From positions 35,836,001-35,900,000 of the forward strand of contig NC_042999.1 of assembly GCF_006345805.1 (NCBI RefSeq): 64,000 bases of DNA, read 5' to 3'. The stretch is from Octopus sinensis. Lineage: Eukaryota. Below are positions 24,872-39,628 of the stretch, piece by piece (within the stretch, counting starts at the first letter, position 1; each line of letters starts with the position of its first letter). A model generated the notes under the pieces. That model saw nothing but the letters and a program-made list of their open reading frames with translations, ran no database searches and was not told where the DNA came from. The position numbers and the translations under genes were made by a program.

Positions 24872-25390
24872 TTGTGTGTGTTTCTCCACCACCACCGCTT
24901 GGCAACCAGTGTTGGTGTGTTTAAGTTCTGGGATCGGTTCTTTCGATTAAAATTCTTCAAGGCAGTGCCCCAGCATGGCCGCAGTTTGACTACTGAAACA
25001 AGTAAAAGAATATTTTCTTGTAAACTAATTTTAAATAGGCGCAGGAGTGGCTGCTTACCAACCACACGGTTCCGAGTTCAGTCCCACTGCGTGGCACCTT
25101 GGGAAAGTGTCTTCTTCTATAGCCTCGGGCCGACCAAAGCCTTGTGAGTGGATTTGGTAGACGGAAACTGAAAGAAGCCTGTCGTATATATGTATGTGTG
25201 TGTTTGTGTGTCTGTGTTTGTCCCCCCAACATCGCTTGACAACCGATGCTGGTATGTTTACGTCCCCGTTACTTAGCGGTTCGGCAAAAGAGACCGATAG
25301 AATAAGACCTAGGGTAGATTTGCTCGACTAAAAAAAGGCGGTGCTCCAGCTTGGCTGCAGTCAAATGACTGAAACAAGTAAAAGAGTAAG
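24180..25390 (+). mobile_element. Three head-to-tail SINE B copies (about 24180-24605, 24608-25012, 25037-25390)
   Basis: Each has the B head/core and tail; divergence differs between copies. Confidence 0.85.
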
Positions 25391-25464
25391 AAATTCTTAG
25401 AATAATGTTCTAAATGCATTTCAAAATATTTCTTTTTTACAACTCGAGCGTGGAAGATACATAT

Positions 25465-26030
25465 TCTTTTCTACTCTAGGCACAAGGTCCGAAATGTTTG
25501 GAGAGAGGTCCAATCGATTAGATCAGCCCCAGTACAAGACAGACGAAATACTGCTGAGAATTTCGCCCGGTGTGCTAACGTTTGTGCCAGCTCGCCGCCT
25601 TGGATACATATTAACCATGCAGGTCATGCAGTAACAACAAAAATTGTTAACTTGACTTAAACATTTGTTATTTAATGTCAAAAGTTTTCGTCGCAACAAC
25701 CACGACCTGGTCACAGACATGGTCCCACTAACGCAAACTCCTTTTTAAATAGTTAACTGTTCAACAATAAAAAAAAAATCCATGCTCCATTCTCAATAAA
25801 AACATCCTCAAAATTCCTAAAAAGAAAACCTGACTTTTTAAAAATGATAAGAGCAAATGCTGTTGTTTTTCTTTACTACTTTCAGTTCGAGAGCTGCAGT
25901 CATGCTGGAGCATCGACTTAAAGGATTGAAAGGTAAAGTCGATCTCGGCGGAATTTGAACTTAAAACGTAAGACGGGCGAAATGCCGCAAAGCATTTTGC
26001 CCGGCGTGCTAACGATTCTGCCAGTTCGTC
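25465..26030 (-). mobile_element. Partial SINE A copies (25465-25600 internally deleted; 25915-26030) plus a SINE B tail fragment
   Basis: A-family head CCCGGCGTGCTAACG..TGCCAG on the plus strand. Confidence 0.75.
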
Positions 26031-26272
26031 TTAGCATATTTTAATGTCTTGCGCGTTCCCTGACTGGGAGCCATTATCCTAGAGGCTATGGACAAATACG
26101 TTTCTATTAAGAAACAAGAATAATTGCTTCAATGGTCGGTCTAATACATGCGTTGTAAGAGACGGCAAAAAATGTAGAGGTGGTAGCCTATTGAATATGG
26201 TGCGCACAAGAAAAAAAGCAAGAAGGGAAGAGGAACGAAGGGAAGCGGGTAGCCAGATGGATAGAATACGTC

Positions 26273-26333
<61 letters not shown>

Positions 26334-26395
26334 ACACATGCACATGCACAGACATATATCTGTGTATGTGTGTGTGTGCGTGTATGTATGCATAA

Positions 26396-26471
<76 letters not shown>

Positions 26472-26828
26472 TGATATGAGTGTGTGCACGTATGTTTGTA
26501 TGTGTGGATGTAATATGTGTGTGTGTATGTGTGTGTAAGTATATATCTATATATCATATTTATTTATAAGTATGTATCTATTTATCAATATGTGTGTGCA
26601 TGCGTGATTATCATGCATGTGTGTATGCGTGTGTATGTGCGTGTGAGAGTGTGTGTGCTTATTTGTGTACGTGTGCATGTGTGCGTGTGTCTGTGAGTGT
26701 ATGTACACGTTGAGACACAATAAGTATCAGAAAAAGTATTCGGGTTGATAAAATCGGCTAAATCCCTTAAAGGCGGTGTCCCAGCAAGATTGCCGTCGAA
26801 TGAACGAAACAAATAAAAGAACAAAAGA

Positions 26829-26867
<39 letters not shown>

Positions 26868-27220
26868 ACATAGACACACAAGTCACACATAGAAATACAC
26901 ACACACATACGAGAAAAAAGGGGAAGCTTAATGGTATCACCTTCCACTAATCTCTATTTTGTGGACGTGCTCAAGGTTTAGAACCTCTATAGGCTATTCT
27001 AAAAGAGACGAGAAAAGTTCCCACACTTTCAGACATTCCATCAGTCTAGGAGTGTATATGTTTATGAACGTTAGTGCATGCACGCGTGTTTGTGTTTATT
27101 TGTGGGGTGGGGAGTTATTCGTTTGTATGCGTATTATTTGTTTCGAAGGGCGTGTACATGTATACCTGTGTGCATGTTTTCGTATGAAATTGTGCGCAAA
27201 TACATGCTTGAGTTTATATA

Positions 27221-27256
<36 letters not shown>

Positions 27257-27558
27257 TGTATGTATGTATGTATGTTTGTATGTATGTATGAATGTATGTA
27301 TGAATGTATGTATGTATTATGTATGTATGTATGTATGTATGTATTATGTATGTATATGTGTATGTATGTATGTATGTATGTGTGTGTGTATGTATACATG
27401 CATATATGTATGACGTAAATATGCATGTGTGTACGAGCGTACATATATATATTGTATGTACGTCATGTTTGTATGTATGTCATCTTTGTATGTATATATC
27501 ATGTATATGCATGTATGTATGATGTTTATATCGTGTGTGTATCTGTAAGTATGGTATA

Positions 27559-28447
27559 CATGATCTAATCAATAAGTATCCGGTCTGTTGTCATAGTAAC
27601 GAAGCTAAAGCATGACAGAGTGAAGCGGCTTGACACAGGTTGACCTTGAACTCTGCCGTGCATGCGTACTAAGGTTTAACGTTCTACCTCACTTCCGCTG
27701 TTTACAGCAGTGCTTGGGAGGAAGGTGTGTAGTGTGTGATCGTCGCATGGTAGAGAAAGTTGTCATTGCGATACCTGCTCAGAGGCCTACGCAATGTTGC
27801 AGAAAGTGTATGGAGAGGAGTGCATGAGCTGCACACAAGTGTGAGAGTGGTTCAGACGTTTCCAAGATGGCCGAAACTATGTCGATATTGACGAACGTTC
27901 TTGGAGATCCGCAGCAAGCAGAACTGAGAAAAACATCGCAGATGTGCATGCAGCTGTGAGGGGAAATCGACGAATCACCATCCGTGAGTTATCAGAGGAT
28001 GTGTAGATTACTTACAGTTCAGTTCAGTCCATTATCATTGAAGATTTGGGTACAAAACGCGTGCCTGCCAAGGTTGTGCCAAAACTGCTTTCAGCTGACC
28101 AAAAAGACACTCGGGTTTCAGTTGCACAAGATTTCCTTGATAGTGTCGAGAACGATGAAAACTTTTTGAAAATTTTGCGTAGGCCTCTGAGCAGGTATCG
28201 CCCAGCTTTTGGCAAAATTTGATGCAGATTCTCTGCTTAACTTATTCTATCATTGTCAATGCGACGATCACACGCTACACATGTTCCTTCCAAGCACTGC
28301 TGTAAACAGTAGAAGTGAACTAGAATGTTAAAACTTAGCGCACATACCCAGCAGTGTTTAAGGTCAATCTGTGCGAAGCGGCGTCACTCTCCGTGCTTTA
28401 GCTTCGTTAATATAGCAAACACCCGGATACTTATTGATCAGACAACG
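27559..28447 (+). mobile_element. Non-autonomous mariner fold-back derivative (left end plus transposase N-terminus, then an inverted second left end)
   Basis: TA flanks at 27557-58 and 28448-49. Arms 27559-27794 and about 28175-28447 are reverse complements. Decayed transposase DTCSEAYAMLQKVYGEECMSCTQV*EWFRRFQDGR...ITIRELSEDV*...KRVPAKVVPKLLS...ENDENFLK. Confidence 0.9.
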
Positions 28448-29069
28448 TATATATGAGTGTGTGTGTTTGTGTGTGTATGATGTATGTATGTATGTATGCA
28501 TGTATTTGAGCATGTGGTATGTATGTCATCAATGTATGCATAAGCGTGTGTTACTATTTACATGTATGTATGAGCGTGAGTAGATAAATCTGTCAGAAGC
28601 TGAATACGTATTTGTGGGTATGTATGTGTGTATATATGTATTACACCATGAAACGTATATGCAGTGTGTATCGGTGTATGTCCTTACAACCTGCACGTGT
28701 AGTTAGAGACAGTGTTTATGTCAATGTAATATGTAACTGGGACTCTGTATGTGTTTGAGTGTGTGCGTGTGTGTATGTGTTTGCGTGTGTGAAAGTGTGT
28801 GTGTATGTGTGTGTGTTGTCTAGCTCATGTTTACTCAGACGGGTGTGTTATTCACGACATAGAGGTTCGACGTACTAGTAATCTATTAATATCTATAAAG
28901 AAACAGGAGGTTACCAACTTCTTGCTAGTCTAGTTTTTTCGTTTTCATAAACAAAAAATGACTCAAACGACAAAAAAGAAGCAACAATAATTATGGTAAG
29001 AACAACAACAATTGTTCCTAATTTAGGCACAAGCCAGCAATTTAAAATGAAAAACAGGGTAAGCTAATA

Positions 29070-29830
29070 CTATCCGCCTCAATAATTGACTTGTACCTTA
29101 TTTCATCGCCCCCACCCACCAGTAACTGACTGGTACTTTATTTCATCGATTCCAGGAGCGCAAAGGGAAAAATTGACTTCCGTGAGTTTTGAACTCAGAA
29201 CGGAAAGAACCAGAACAAACACTGCAAAGCAGTTTTCCTGACGCTGTAACAAATTTACCATTAATAATTCTTTCTTATTAAGAACGTGAGGGCGCTTGGC
29301 TCAGTGGTTAGAGCGTCGAGCTTACGATCGTGAGGTTGTGAGCTCGAATCCCGGACCGGGCCGCGTGTTGTATTCTTGAGCAAGACTCTTTATTTTACGT
29401 TGCTCCAGTTCACTCAGCTGTAGAAATGAGTTGCGACGTCACAGGTGCCAAGCTGTATCGGCCATTGCCTTTCCCTTGGATAACACTGGTGGCGTGGTGA
29501 GGGGAGGCCGGTATGCATGGGCGACCGCTGGCCTTCCATAAACAACCTTGCCCGGTCTGTGTCGTGACCGAAGGGGGGTCTCAGACTAACAACGTAAAGA
29601 TTGACAGAACGCCACAAAGCATTTTGCTCGGCGTTGAGCGCCGGAAAATGCGTTGCGGGCATTTATTCCTACAGTTTACATTTGAGTCCAAATCTCACCG
29701 GGGTCGACTTTGGTTTTCATCATTTCGCGGTCAATGAAAGAAGTACCGTTAAATGCTGAGGTCGATGTTATCGACTAGCCTCCTCTCTCAAAATTGTAGG
29801 CCTTGTGCATATAATAGAAAGGATTATTAT
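29070..29830. mobile_element. SINE cluster: degenerate A (-, 29070-29260), H1 + tail T3 SINE (+, 29289-29585), A fragments (- 29590-29650; + 29660-29830)
   Basis: TGGCTCAGTGGTTAGAGC A-box, AGCTCGAATCCC B-box, CTTGAGCAAGACTCTT core; A-family core motifs on both sides. Confidence 0.75.
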
Positions 29831-30704
29831 TTTGATTTTAATTGGCTCAAGAGGGCCATGACGTTGGCTATAGTAGAAAGAGCAAGCAGGAGAGTCAAGA
29901 GAGGAGATAAAAAAAAAGGCCTGTGGAGTGGGATATAAAGCGGGATATAAAGTTCATTGACACTAGATTCGCCTCATTAACTAAAAAATTTAGCTTAACC
30001 TTCTTCAGTAGAAATAGCTCAAGCAAAATCTTTTTCCTCCGATGCAATAAATATTTTTCGTTATAATATTATATTATAAATTAATAATTTTCTCATTATA
30101 TTTGTTATTCGCTTGTCTCGGAGAAGGATCTGGAAAAATGTCATTAAATAAGCCTAACAGGATATTAAAAAGAAAATAGCTCAATTAGCAAATCATAAAG
30201 TGTCTGTCACAAGAAATGGCGTGTTCATAGATATTTGTGTATAAGAAAATGTAATAAGTAACATTAAGGTTATGGGAAGCTGTTTCCGATACCTGACCTA
30301 GCTTCATGCACGCAATTAGCTGTAAAAATGTAAAAAAAGTTCAACCTTATTGACTTTTGTAGGTTGTAGCCATAGAAATTAGCTAACCCCTCTGCAAGGC
30401 TTTGAAATTTATTGCTTATATGGTGATGTATGTATGCATATATATATATATATATATATATATGTATCATATGTTTTCACATAACGCATGTGATCAACAT
30501 TACTTGCTCGTACATTGCTACATAGAATACGTGATATGATTAGGAATTTATATGCAGACACTTTTTGGCGACTTGGCTTCTTCAATGGAAGTAAACACCA
30601 ATGGCATGCATTAGAAGCGCAAAGGCACACACACACATACTTACAGTTACATACATCCATATATACATAAACACGTACATGTATGTATGTATGTATTCAT
30701 TTAT

Positions 30705-30901
30705 TCTTTTATTTGTTTTAGTCATTTGACTATGGCCATGCTGAAGCACCGCCTTTAGTCGAACAAATCGACCCCAGGACTTATTCTTTGTAAGCCTAGT
30801 ACTTATTCGCTCGGATCTCTTTTACCGAGCCGCTAGGTTATGGGGACGTAAACACACCAGCATCGATATCAAGCGATGGGGGGGGCAAACACAGACATAC
30901 A

Positions 30902-30949
<48 letters not shown>

Positions 30950-31112
30950 GACGGGCATCTTTCAGTTTCCGTCTGTCAAATCCACTCACAAGGCTTTGGT
31001 TGGACCGAGGCTATAGTGGGAGACATTTGCCCAAGGTGCCACGCAGTGGGACTGAACCCGGGACTATGTGGTTAGGAAGCAGGCTTCTTATCACACAGCC
31101 ACTACCGCGCCT
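30705..31112 (-). mobile_element. SINE family B
   Basis: Full-length homolog of 22503-22943. Confidence 0.85.
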
Positions 31113-31135
31113 GTATACACACACCCACACACACC

Positions 31136-31191
<56 letters not shown>

Positions 31192-31459
31192 GTTGCTATT
31201 ATGCAAAAGTGTCGTAAGTCCAAAACGTTGCTTTTTCAGAGAATGAAAAAATAGTTTCACCATTACATAGCAAAACCGTTGTACAATTTGTTGCACACTT
31301 CGACAATTTTTGATATCTTGGCATCTGAAGCAGCTGGCGGAGATTTGATAGTTTCACCAAAAGAAGCAGATATTGCAAGCAAAAATATACATTGAAAAAA
31401 CGCATTTGGCCAAAGTTGGGATATACGACAGTATAACATAATAGCAACGATATATATGT

Positions 31460-31498
<39 letters not shown>

Positions 31499-32282
31499 CC
31501 ACACACACACACACACACATAATACACACACGTAAATACACACTTACACACACACACATTTACACACACTTGCACACACACATACATGTATAAATACTAC
31601 GGTTGATTCATTCGACTATAAGTTCTTTAAGGCGGTGCCCCAGCATGGCCGCAATCTAATGACTGTCTTTTCTGAATTTTTTTCCATTTTAATAATCAGA
31701 TGTTTATAAGTTATTAGGTCTAATTATTGATGTGAAAAAAAATCACCAGAATATCCATTTCTATTCATTTTTTCAAGCTCTCTCTCACACACAGACATAC
31801 GTATATATGTATGTATGTATGTATGTATGTGTATGTATGTATGTATGTATGTATGTATGTATGTATTCGTATAAGTGCCTTATTCCTGTTACCTTTCTTT
31901 TCCCCTCTCGCTCGCGCCTCACAGCCGTCCCCACCTCCACCCTTCCTCTCACATATAATTTGCTTACACTTACACATCAACCTCTCGCGCCCCCACTACC
32001 CTAAGCTACTATACTCACACACTTGCACACTTGCACGCATCCCAAGACACCACACAAACCCCATAAAGCCATAATGTGTATGGCTTTACTCCTCAACCTA
32101 TGCACCCCTCTATACATGGATAGCCTCTAGTAGATACACACATCTCCCCGCTTCCTCCTCCCTTTCTAACTGCCCCTTAGAAAATCGCATTCTCATCCGG
32201 CCCCCAACAACATCATTTTTTTCTTTCTTATTTTTCATTTCTCTAATCATTTTTTCTCATTTGTCTCATATTTTTTTCTATC

Positions 32283-32322
32283 TTTCTTCTGATGAAGAAC
32301 TAGCGTCCGAAATGTCAAAACT
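32283..32322 (+). ncRNA. Degenerate Penelope-type minimal hammerhead ribozyme
   Basis: UUCUU-CUGAUGA-A-GAAC(UAGC)GUCC-GAAA-UG-UC-AAAA. Intact core, GUC cleavage triplet, one mismatch each in stems I and II; AUGU is the CpG-decay product of ACGU. Confidence 0.5.
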
Positions 32323-32409
32323 CTTCCCTTTCATTTTTAAGCGTTAAAGTAATATAACAATTGTTAAAACTTGCTTTTTCACATGCCTTCATTTTGTGCT
32401 CATTGCTTT

Positions 32410-32476
<67 letters not shown>

Positions 32477-32597
32477 CATACATACATACATACATACATA
32501 CATACACAAGTATGTATATATGCATGTATGTATGTATGTATGTATGTATGTATTATGTATGTATGTATGTATGTATGTATGTATGTATGTATGTATG

Positions 32598-32629
<32 letters not shown>

Positions 32630-33016
32630 AGATGGACTGACGACTCTCTCTATTTGCTAAGATTAGATAAGTTGTAGTGGTAGCGAGGCCCTGACTTCCG
32701 TAATGACTTTTTCCCCCTTCAAACTACGATCTCACTCCTATATTGCACTCCGGAAACTGATGTCGCTGGAATACCTTTATTTAGCAATTCTCGAGAAAGT
32801 CTAAATGATGATTCAGTTCTGGTCTAAGTGCCTCCCCTCGCTGAATGTGAAGCCTTTAGAAACAATTGTAACTGTAAAAATCAGTCATATCTGAGTCAAC
32901 GGTACAGAAGAACAGTGTATATGTATGTGTGTACGTATGTATGTATGTATGTATGTATGTATGTATGTATGTATGTATGTATGTATGTATGTGTGTTTAT
33001 CTACCTTTCTATCATA

Positions 33017-33118
<102 letters not shown>

Positions 33119-33219
33119 TTTGTGTATGTGTTTGTGTGTGTCTGCGTGCGCGCGTGTGTGTGTGTTTGTACATATGGATATATACATACTTACATTCACT
33201 CATGTATATATTTGGTCGT

Positions 33220-33560
33220 GTCCAAATCCGTCGTAGTCCTCCGAAACCAAAGATTGTTGATGTAGTTGTTAGCTCTAGGCCTGTGTTTGAACAGAACATG
33301 AAGTTGATAGAAAGGGAGATGATGTAAGGGGGAAGTGTTTGCGACGGCATGGGTCCAGCCCGCACTGAGGAGCGAGCACAGACGATTATAGCAGTTGTAC
33401 AAAATAACAGAGAGGAGACATCACCTCTACATGCCAAGAAGTTGGAGTGCGTCTATGAATCTTCATACTAATCGGTCAAACGTCTTTTCTTGGATGCGGT
33501 CAATGACATTTATGCATGCAGCAGCATCCCAGTTGTGAAAAGAATACTTCCTTATGAATC
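33220..33560 (-). pseudogene. Highly decayed L2/CR1-group LINE ORF2 C-terminus
   Basis: VIDRIQEKTFDRLV*...LQLL...CLLSVILYNCYNRLCS...HAV...RPRANNYINNLWFRRTT parallels the clearer fragment at 60545-60985. Confidence 0.5.
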
Positions 33561-33757
33561 ACTACTGAGATCTGTAGTGTGTCAGTGATTTTGGTGGGCG
33601 CAGGGTACGAAGAATTTTTGGCCCTAAAGCGAATAGCCAGCCTCTGAGATGCGTTTCTACATATATTTAAGACCCTATTCCATTAGGAGAGATATTTGGT
33701 AGCTGTGAAGCCCAAATTATTTGAAGCGGTCTTGTTGGCTCTGTTTATGTACTGCTT

Positions 33758-34710
<953 letters not shown>

Positions 34711-34994
34711 CATTATTATTATCATAGATCTAGTAGATCTGGTTTCACGAAAGATGTTTTGGTGGTCAAGGTAGATTCAAGGTTGGAAGTACAACAGGAT
34801 AGTAGTTGGGAAGATCAGAAGAATTATCGTTCTTGGGAATGGGTTTCAATGTAGTTCGTCTTTAATGATTAGGATAAAACCTCTGTAGAGAGAGAGAGAG
34901 AGAGGGGGAATTTAAGATTGGCTCATCAGTGCATTGTTTGAAGGTAGTAGAAAGGACGTTACATAATACATCCATGTATATATATCACACGCAG

Positions 34995-35259
34995 ACACAC
35001 ATCACGTGATCATGTGACCAACCAGGCTATCTGATGTTGTTATACATCGCTGGTCACAATGCGCTTTTACGTTGTTTTAAGCTTTAAATGACGCCACCCC
35101 GCTGGCTAGGTGAACAGGTCAACATTCCCCATAAGAAGGGCTGGAGCAACGTGAAATGAAGTGTTTTGCTCAAGAACACAACGCGCCGCTCAGTCAGGGA
35201 ATCGAACGCTCGATCTAGCGATTGCGAGTCCAACGACCTAACCATTAGGCCACGCGCCT
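34995..35259 (-). mobile_element. tRNA/CORE-like SINE, head H1 + tail T2
   Basis: GTGGCCTAATGGTTAGG, GTTCGATTCCC, GTGTTCTTGAGCAAAACACTTC, tail GCGGGGTGGCGTCATT...GGTCACATGATCACGTGA. Confidence 0.85.
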
Positions 35260-35289
35260 TCACACGCACACACACACACACACACACAC

Positions 35290-35329
<40 letters not shown>

Positions 35330-36727
35330 TAGATAATATACATCATTTATATATACATGTGTATGCACATGCGTGAGTGTATGTGTGTATGCGTGTATGT
35401 GTGTATGCGTGTATATGTGTATGCATGCGTGTATGTGACTCACAAATATCTTCGCTTTTTAAAGAAACAGTTACAATACGATGGAAATTAAGTTTAGACA
35501 TTCCACCCAATATTCGAACGCTTCATTTAGTATATAGTATTCAGCTACTGTATGTGGGAGGTGAGTCGCTAGTACAATGTAACACTGAGATTTGAAACTG
35601 CAATAATTTACGGGATATCAGGGTATTTATTTATCAAATGTCGACGTATACAATGAACCCAATCTTGTGTTGCTGTCATTATATTTCATAAGATTTTTAA
35701 GAACTTCTTTCGATTGAAACGGCAAACCTGGTGATTTTCATGTTTCATTAAGCGTAATGGTATAGGATGATAGATTTTTTACAAAGGTATTTTCTCGTTG
35801 AGAAAGTGAAACTACTCAACTATTCTTCTCCGTTGACAGGCTGTCTCAATAACAAGCGCCGTGGGACAGTTAGTAGCTAAGGTCTATTCTACTGGAAAGA
35901 AGAAGAAAGAGGGAGAAAATAGAAGGGAGCAGAAGAAGAAAGAACATAATCTAAAGGAGCAAGCAAATGTAATAGAAAGCGAGAGACGAAAAGGAAGAAG
36001 GAAAAGATAAACAAAGTAAAGGGGAGTGTATGTGTATGTGTGTATGTGTGTGAGGAGAGGGCGGTGAGGTGGTGGTGAGAAAGACAATTTAGAAGTAAAG
36101 AGAGGAAAAGAAGACAAGAAAAGAGCAGTTTCTTTTTAAAGTATCAATGGAGACTAACATTTACATGATAACTATGGCCGCCCTTCCCTGCTGGTTGTTT
36201 TCTATACAAAATAGTCTGTTAGGGCTGCCCCTGTTGCGTAGACAACTCCTCCTGCCAAATGGCCCAGCATTGTATAGTCGGGCAACTTAAAACTTCGCAC
36301 ACCAATAACACCTTCGTCTCAAAATGTTCACGACGCTGGAAATAATTTTCACTTAAGTCAATACTTAGTTGCCAAAAGGCAAATCCGAATAATAAATATT
36401 GGCTTCCTTTGTCGGTTTCAATTTCGCAAACTCGACTTCGCGTGTCAATCACGCCCCTAGACAGCATAAAAAAAAAAGACAAACATAAGGATTAAAATAG
36501 ATAAGCGCCCTCTTCTCTGCATTGTCTCGTCTTAACAATCTATAATATTTTGTAATGCATAGCTTCGACTCACTGAATATAGCGTTTCCCGCCAAACTTC
36601 TTTTTATCATTTGTTCCTCTCTTTCTCTTTTCGCCCCTTTATATGCTTCACTCTTTATATTTCTCATCTCCTGTGAACTTTTTCTTTTCTTAAGATACAC
36701 ACAGACACACGCACACACACACACACC

Positions 36728-36758
<31 letters not shown>

Positions 36759-36764
36759 TTTACA

Positions 36765-36834
<70 letters not shown>

Positions 36835-37379
36835 GGTATGTACATATATATATATACACACACACACATGTATGTAAGTATGTATGTATCTATACATATA
36901 TGCGCACACATTTACATACATTATCTATCTATCTATCTGTTTATCTATACATACATGTATACACACGCGCGCGCAACCCATATACACACATAATACATAC
37001 ATATTATACACCTAAGTCCCAGCCCCAATTTTTATTTTTTATTATTATTGTTATTTTTGCTTTCGATGATTATTCCTCTCTCCTCTCCTCCCTCTCCCCT
37101 CTCTCTCTTTCTTTGTTTGTTTGTTTGTTTGTTTGTTTCTTTGTTTCTTCCTTTCTTTCTTAATTTACCAATGCAACTCATTGCTTTTCAACTGAGAACG
37201 CTTGAAGAAAGTATTTCAACGCTGCCGGCACGAAAGAGTTCGTTGTTCGGAATGTTTAAAGAAACAACTCTGGTGTTTGAGCCTCAATTCTCCTAAGCTC
37301 ATTCAGTTCTCAATGGCAGTCAACTTTAAAAGCAATCTATTAAAATAGCAACGTAATAATAATAATAATAATAATAATA

Positions 37380-37410
<31 letters not shown>

Positions 37411-37414
37411 AATA

Positions 37415-37463
<49 letters not shown>

Positions 37464-37557
37464 CGACAACAACAACAACAAAAAAACAAAAACAAAATCA
37501 ACAACAACAACAACAACAACAATAATAATAATAGTTTTTATTATTATAATAATAATA

Positions 37558-37834
37558 GAAACCCAAAAAATGGCAGAAATTCAAAAGATAGTGCTCATGG
37601 GAACTGCTCATATCCTACGCAAAATACTTTCTATGTAATCTCAAGTTTTAAAACAAACATAATTTTCGTATGTTTTTTTTTTTAGGCATTCACTAGTACA
37701 ACACTAAATACAAAACCAAATATATGGCACACTAGGCATAACAACAACATGAACTTCCAACCTGTTGTCGCTTGAGGTCTCTGGGTGAGACTTGGAGCCA
37801 ACTTGTACAAATATAAAACAAAAGTCAAACATAG
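37558..37834 (+). mobile_element. 5'-truncated Dong/R4-type LINE 3' end embedded in (AAT)n
   Basis: PKMAEIQKIVLMGTAHILRKILSM* (stop 37636-38) plus 3' UTR; AAT repeats on both sides. Confidence 0.8.
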
Positions 37835-37894
37835 AATAATAATAATAATAATAACAACAACAACAATAATAACAATAGCAATAATAATAACAAC

Positions 37895-37927
<33 letters not shown>

Positions 37928-37929
37928 GA

Positions 37930-38388
37930 TGGGCTACAGCAAATATTCTGCTCAATACCACAGATTTGCTTGTCAGTTGTTTGACCTTAACCAGTTGAGC
38001 ATGTCCCTGAGTGGCAGACGATATGTGCATCCCTGATCATGAGCAGAAGTAGTGGGGGAGCATCATAGCCATGTGTTGAGAGGGATTCTTTGGGGTTTAA
38101 ATAATTCACATCTGGAAACATGGGTTGTTCGTTCAACATCCTAACGCAACCCTTATTCAGGGACCTTTTGAGCCGGATGGGCTACTCGACCTGAAGAAAA
38201 TTCTAACTGGGCCCCACCTGCAAGGTCATGCGCTGTTTGTCTTGATATTAGATCACCATGTCGCGCACATATGGTTGTGATGCATGTGCCTGGTGTACCC
38301 TTATCAGACGGGTAGTCATGATGGGTATATTGGGCTTCGTATATTTTACCCCAGTGTCTCTTTGATGGCATGCACTGCTCTCTCACTC
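37930..38388 (+). mobile_element. Unclassified ~460-bp retroelement-like sequence between (AAT)n tracts
   Basis: Complex sequence with no convincing ORF, flanked on both sides by AAT arrays and running directly into (AAT)n at its right end. Confidence 0.45.
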
Positions 38389-38480
<92 letters not shown>

Positions 38481-38815
38481 GTGCTGATGGTAACTGCTCA
38501 TATCTTACGAAAAATATTGTCTGTGTGATTCCAAAAATATTTCAATCTTTAAGCAGTAATAAAAAGTACTTTTAAATGTACATACTAGCAAACACCTTTT
38601 GCTGTCATCTTAAGATCACGCTATTGTCTTATCACCAAATTACTTTTAAAACAAACTTATAATTTTCTTATGTTTTGACTGACATTTTCTAGAATAATAC
38701 CCTGCAATACCAAAACTATAGCAACCCAGTCATAATACCAACTTGAACTTCTAGCTTGTTGTCTTTGAGGATTCTGGGTGAGATTTGTATGAATACAAGG
38801 CAAAATCCAAACATG
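38481..38815 (+). mobile_element. Second 5'-truncated Dong/R4-type LINE 3' end in (AAT)n
   Basis: IVLMVTAHILRKILSV* (stop 38526-28); the 3' UTR shares GAACTTC...TGAGG.(T/C)TCTGGGTGAGA...CAAACAT with 37558-37834. Confidence 0.8.
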
Positions 38816-38838
38816 TAATAATAATAATAATAATAATA

Positions 38839-38914
<76 letters not shown>

Positions 38915-38921
38915 TAATAAT

Positions 38922-38952
<31 letters not shown>

Positions 38953-38989
38953 TAATAGTAATAATAATAATAATAATAATAGAATTATA

Positions 38990-39031
<42 letters not shown>

Positions 39032-39064
39032 GTAATATAATAATAATAATAATAATAATAGAAT

Positions 39065-39103
<39 letters not shown>

Positions 39104-39104
39104 C

Positions 39105-39140
<36 letters not shown>

Positions 39141-39218
39141 TAATTATAATAATAATAATAATTAATAATAATAATAATAATAGTAATAATAATAATATAA
39201 TAATAATAATAATAATAA

Positions 39219-39249
<31 letters not shown>

Positions 39250-39330
39250 CATAATAATAATAATATAATAATAGTAATAATAATAATAATAATAATAATA
39301 TAATAGAATTATAATAATAATAATAATAAT

Positions 39331-39386
<56 letters not shown>

Positions 39387-39390
39387 TAAT

Positions 39391-39430
<40 letters not shown>

Positions 39431-39501
39431 TAATAATAGTAATAATAATAATAATAATAATAATAGAATTATAATAATAATGATAATAATAATAATAGAA
39501 T

Positions 39502-39553
<52 letters not shown>

Positions 39554-39560
39554 GTAGTAG

Positions 39561-39592
<32 letters not shown>

Positions 39593-39628
39593 ATAATAAT
39601 AATAATAATAGTAATAATAATAATAATA

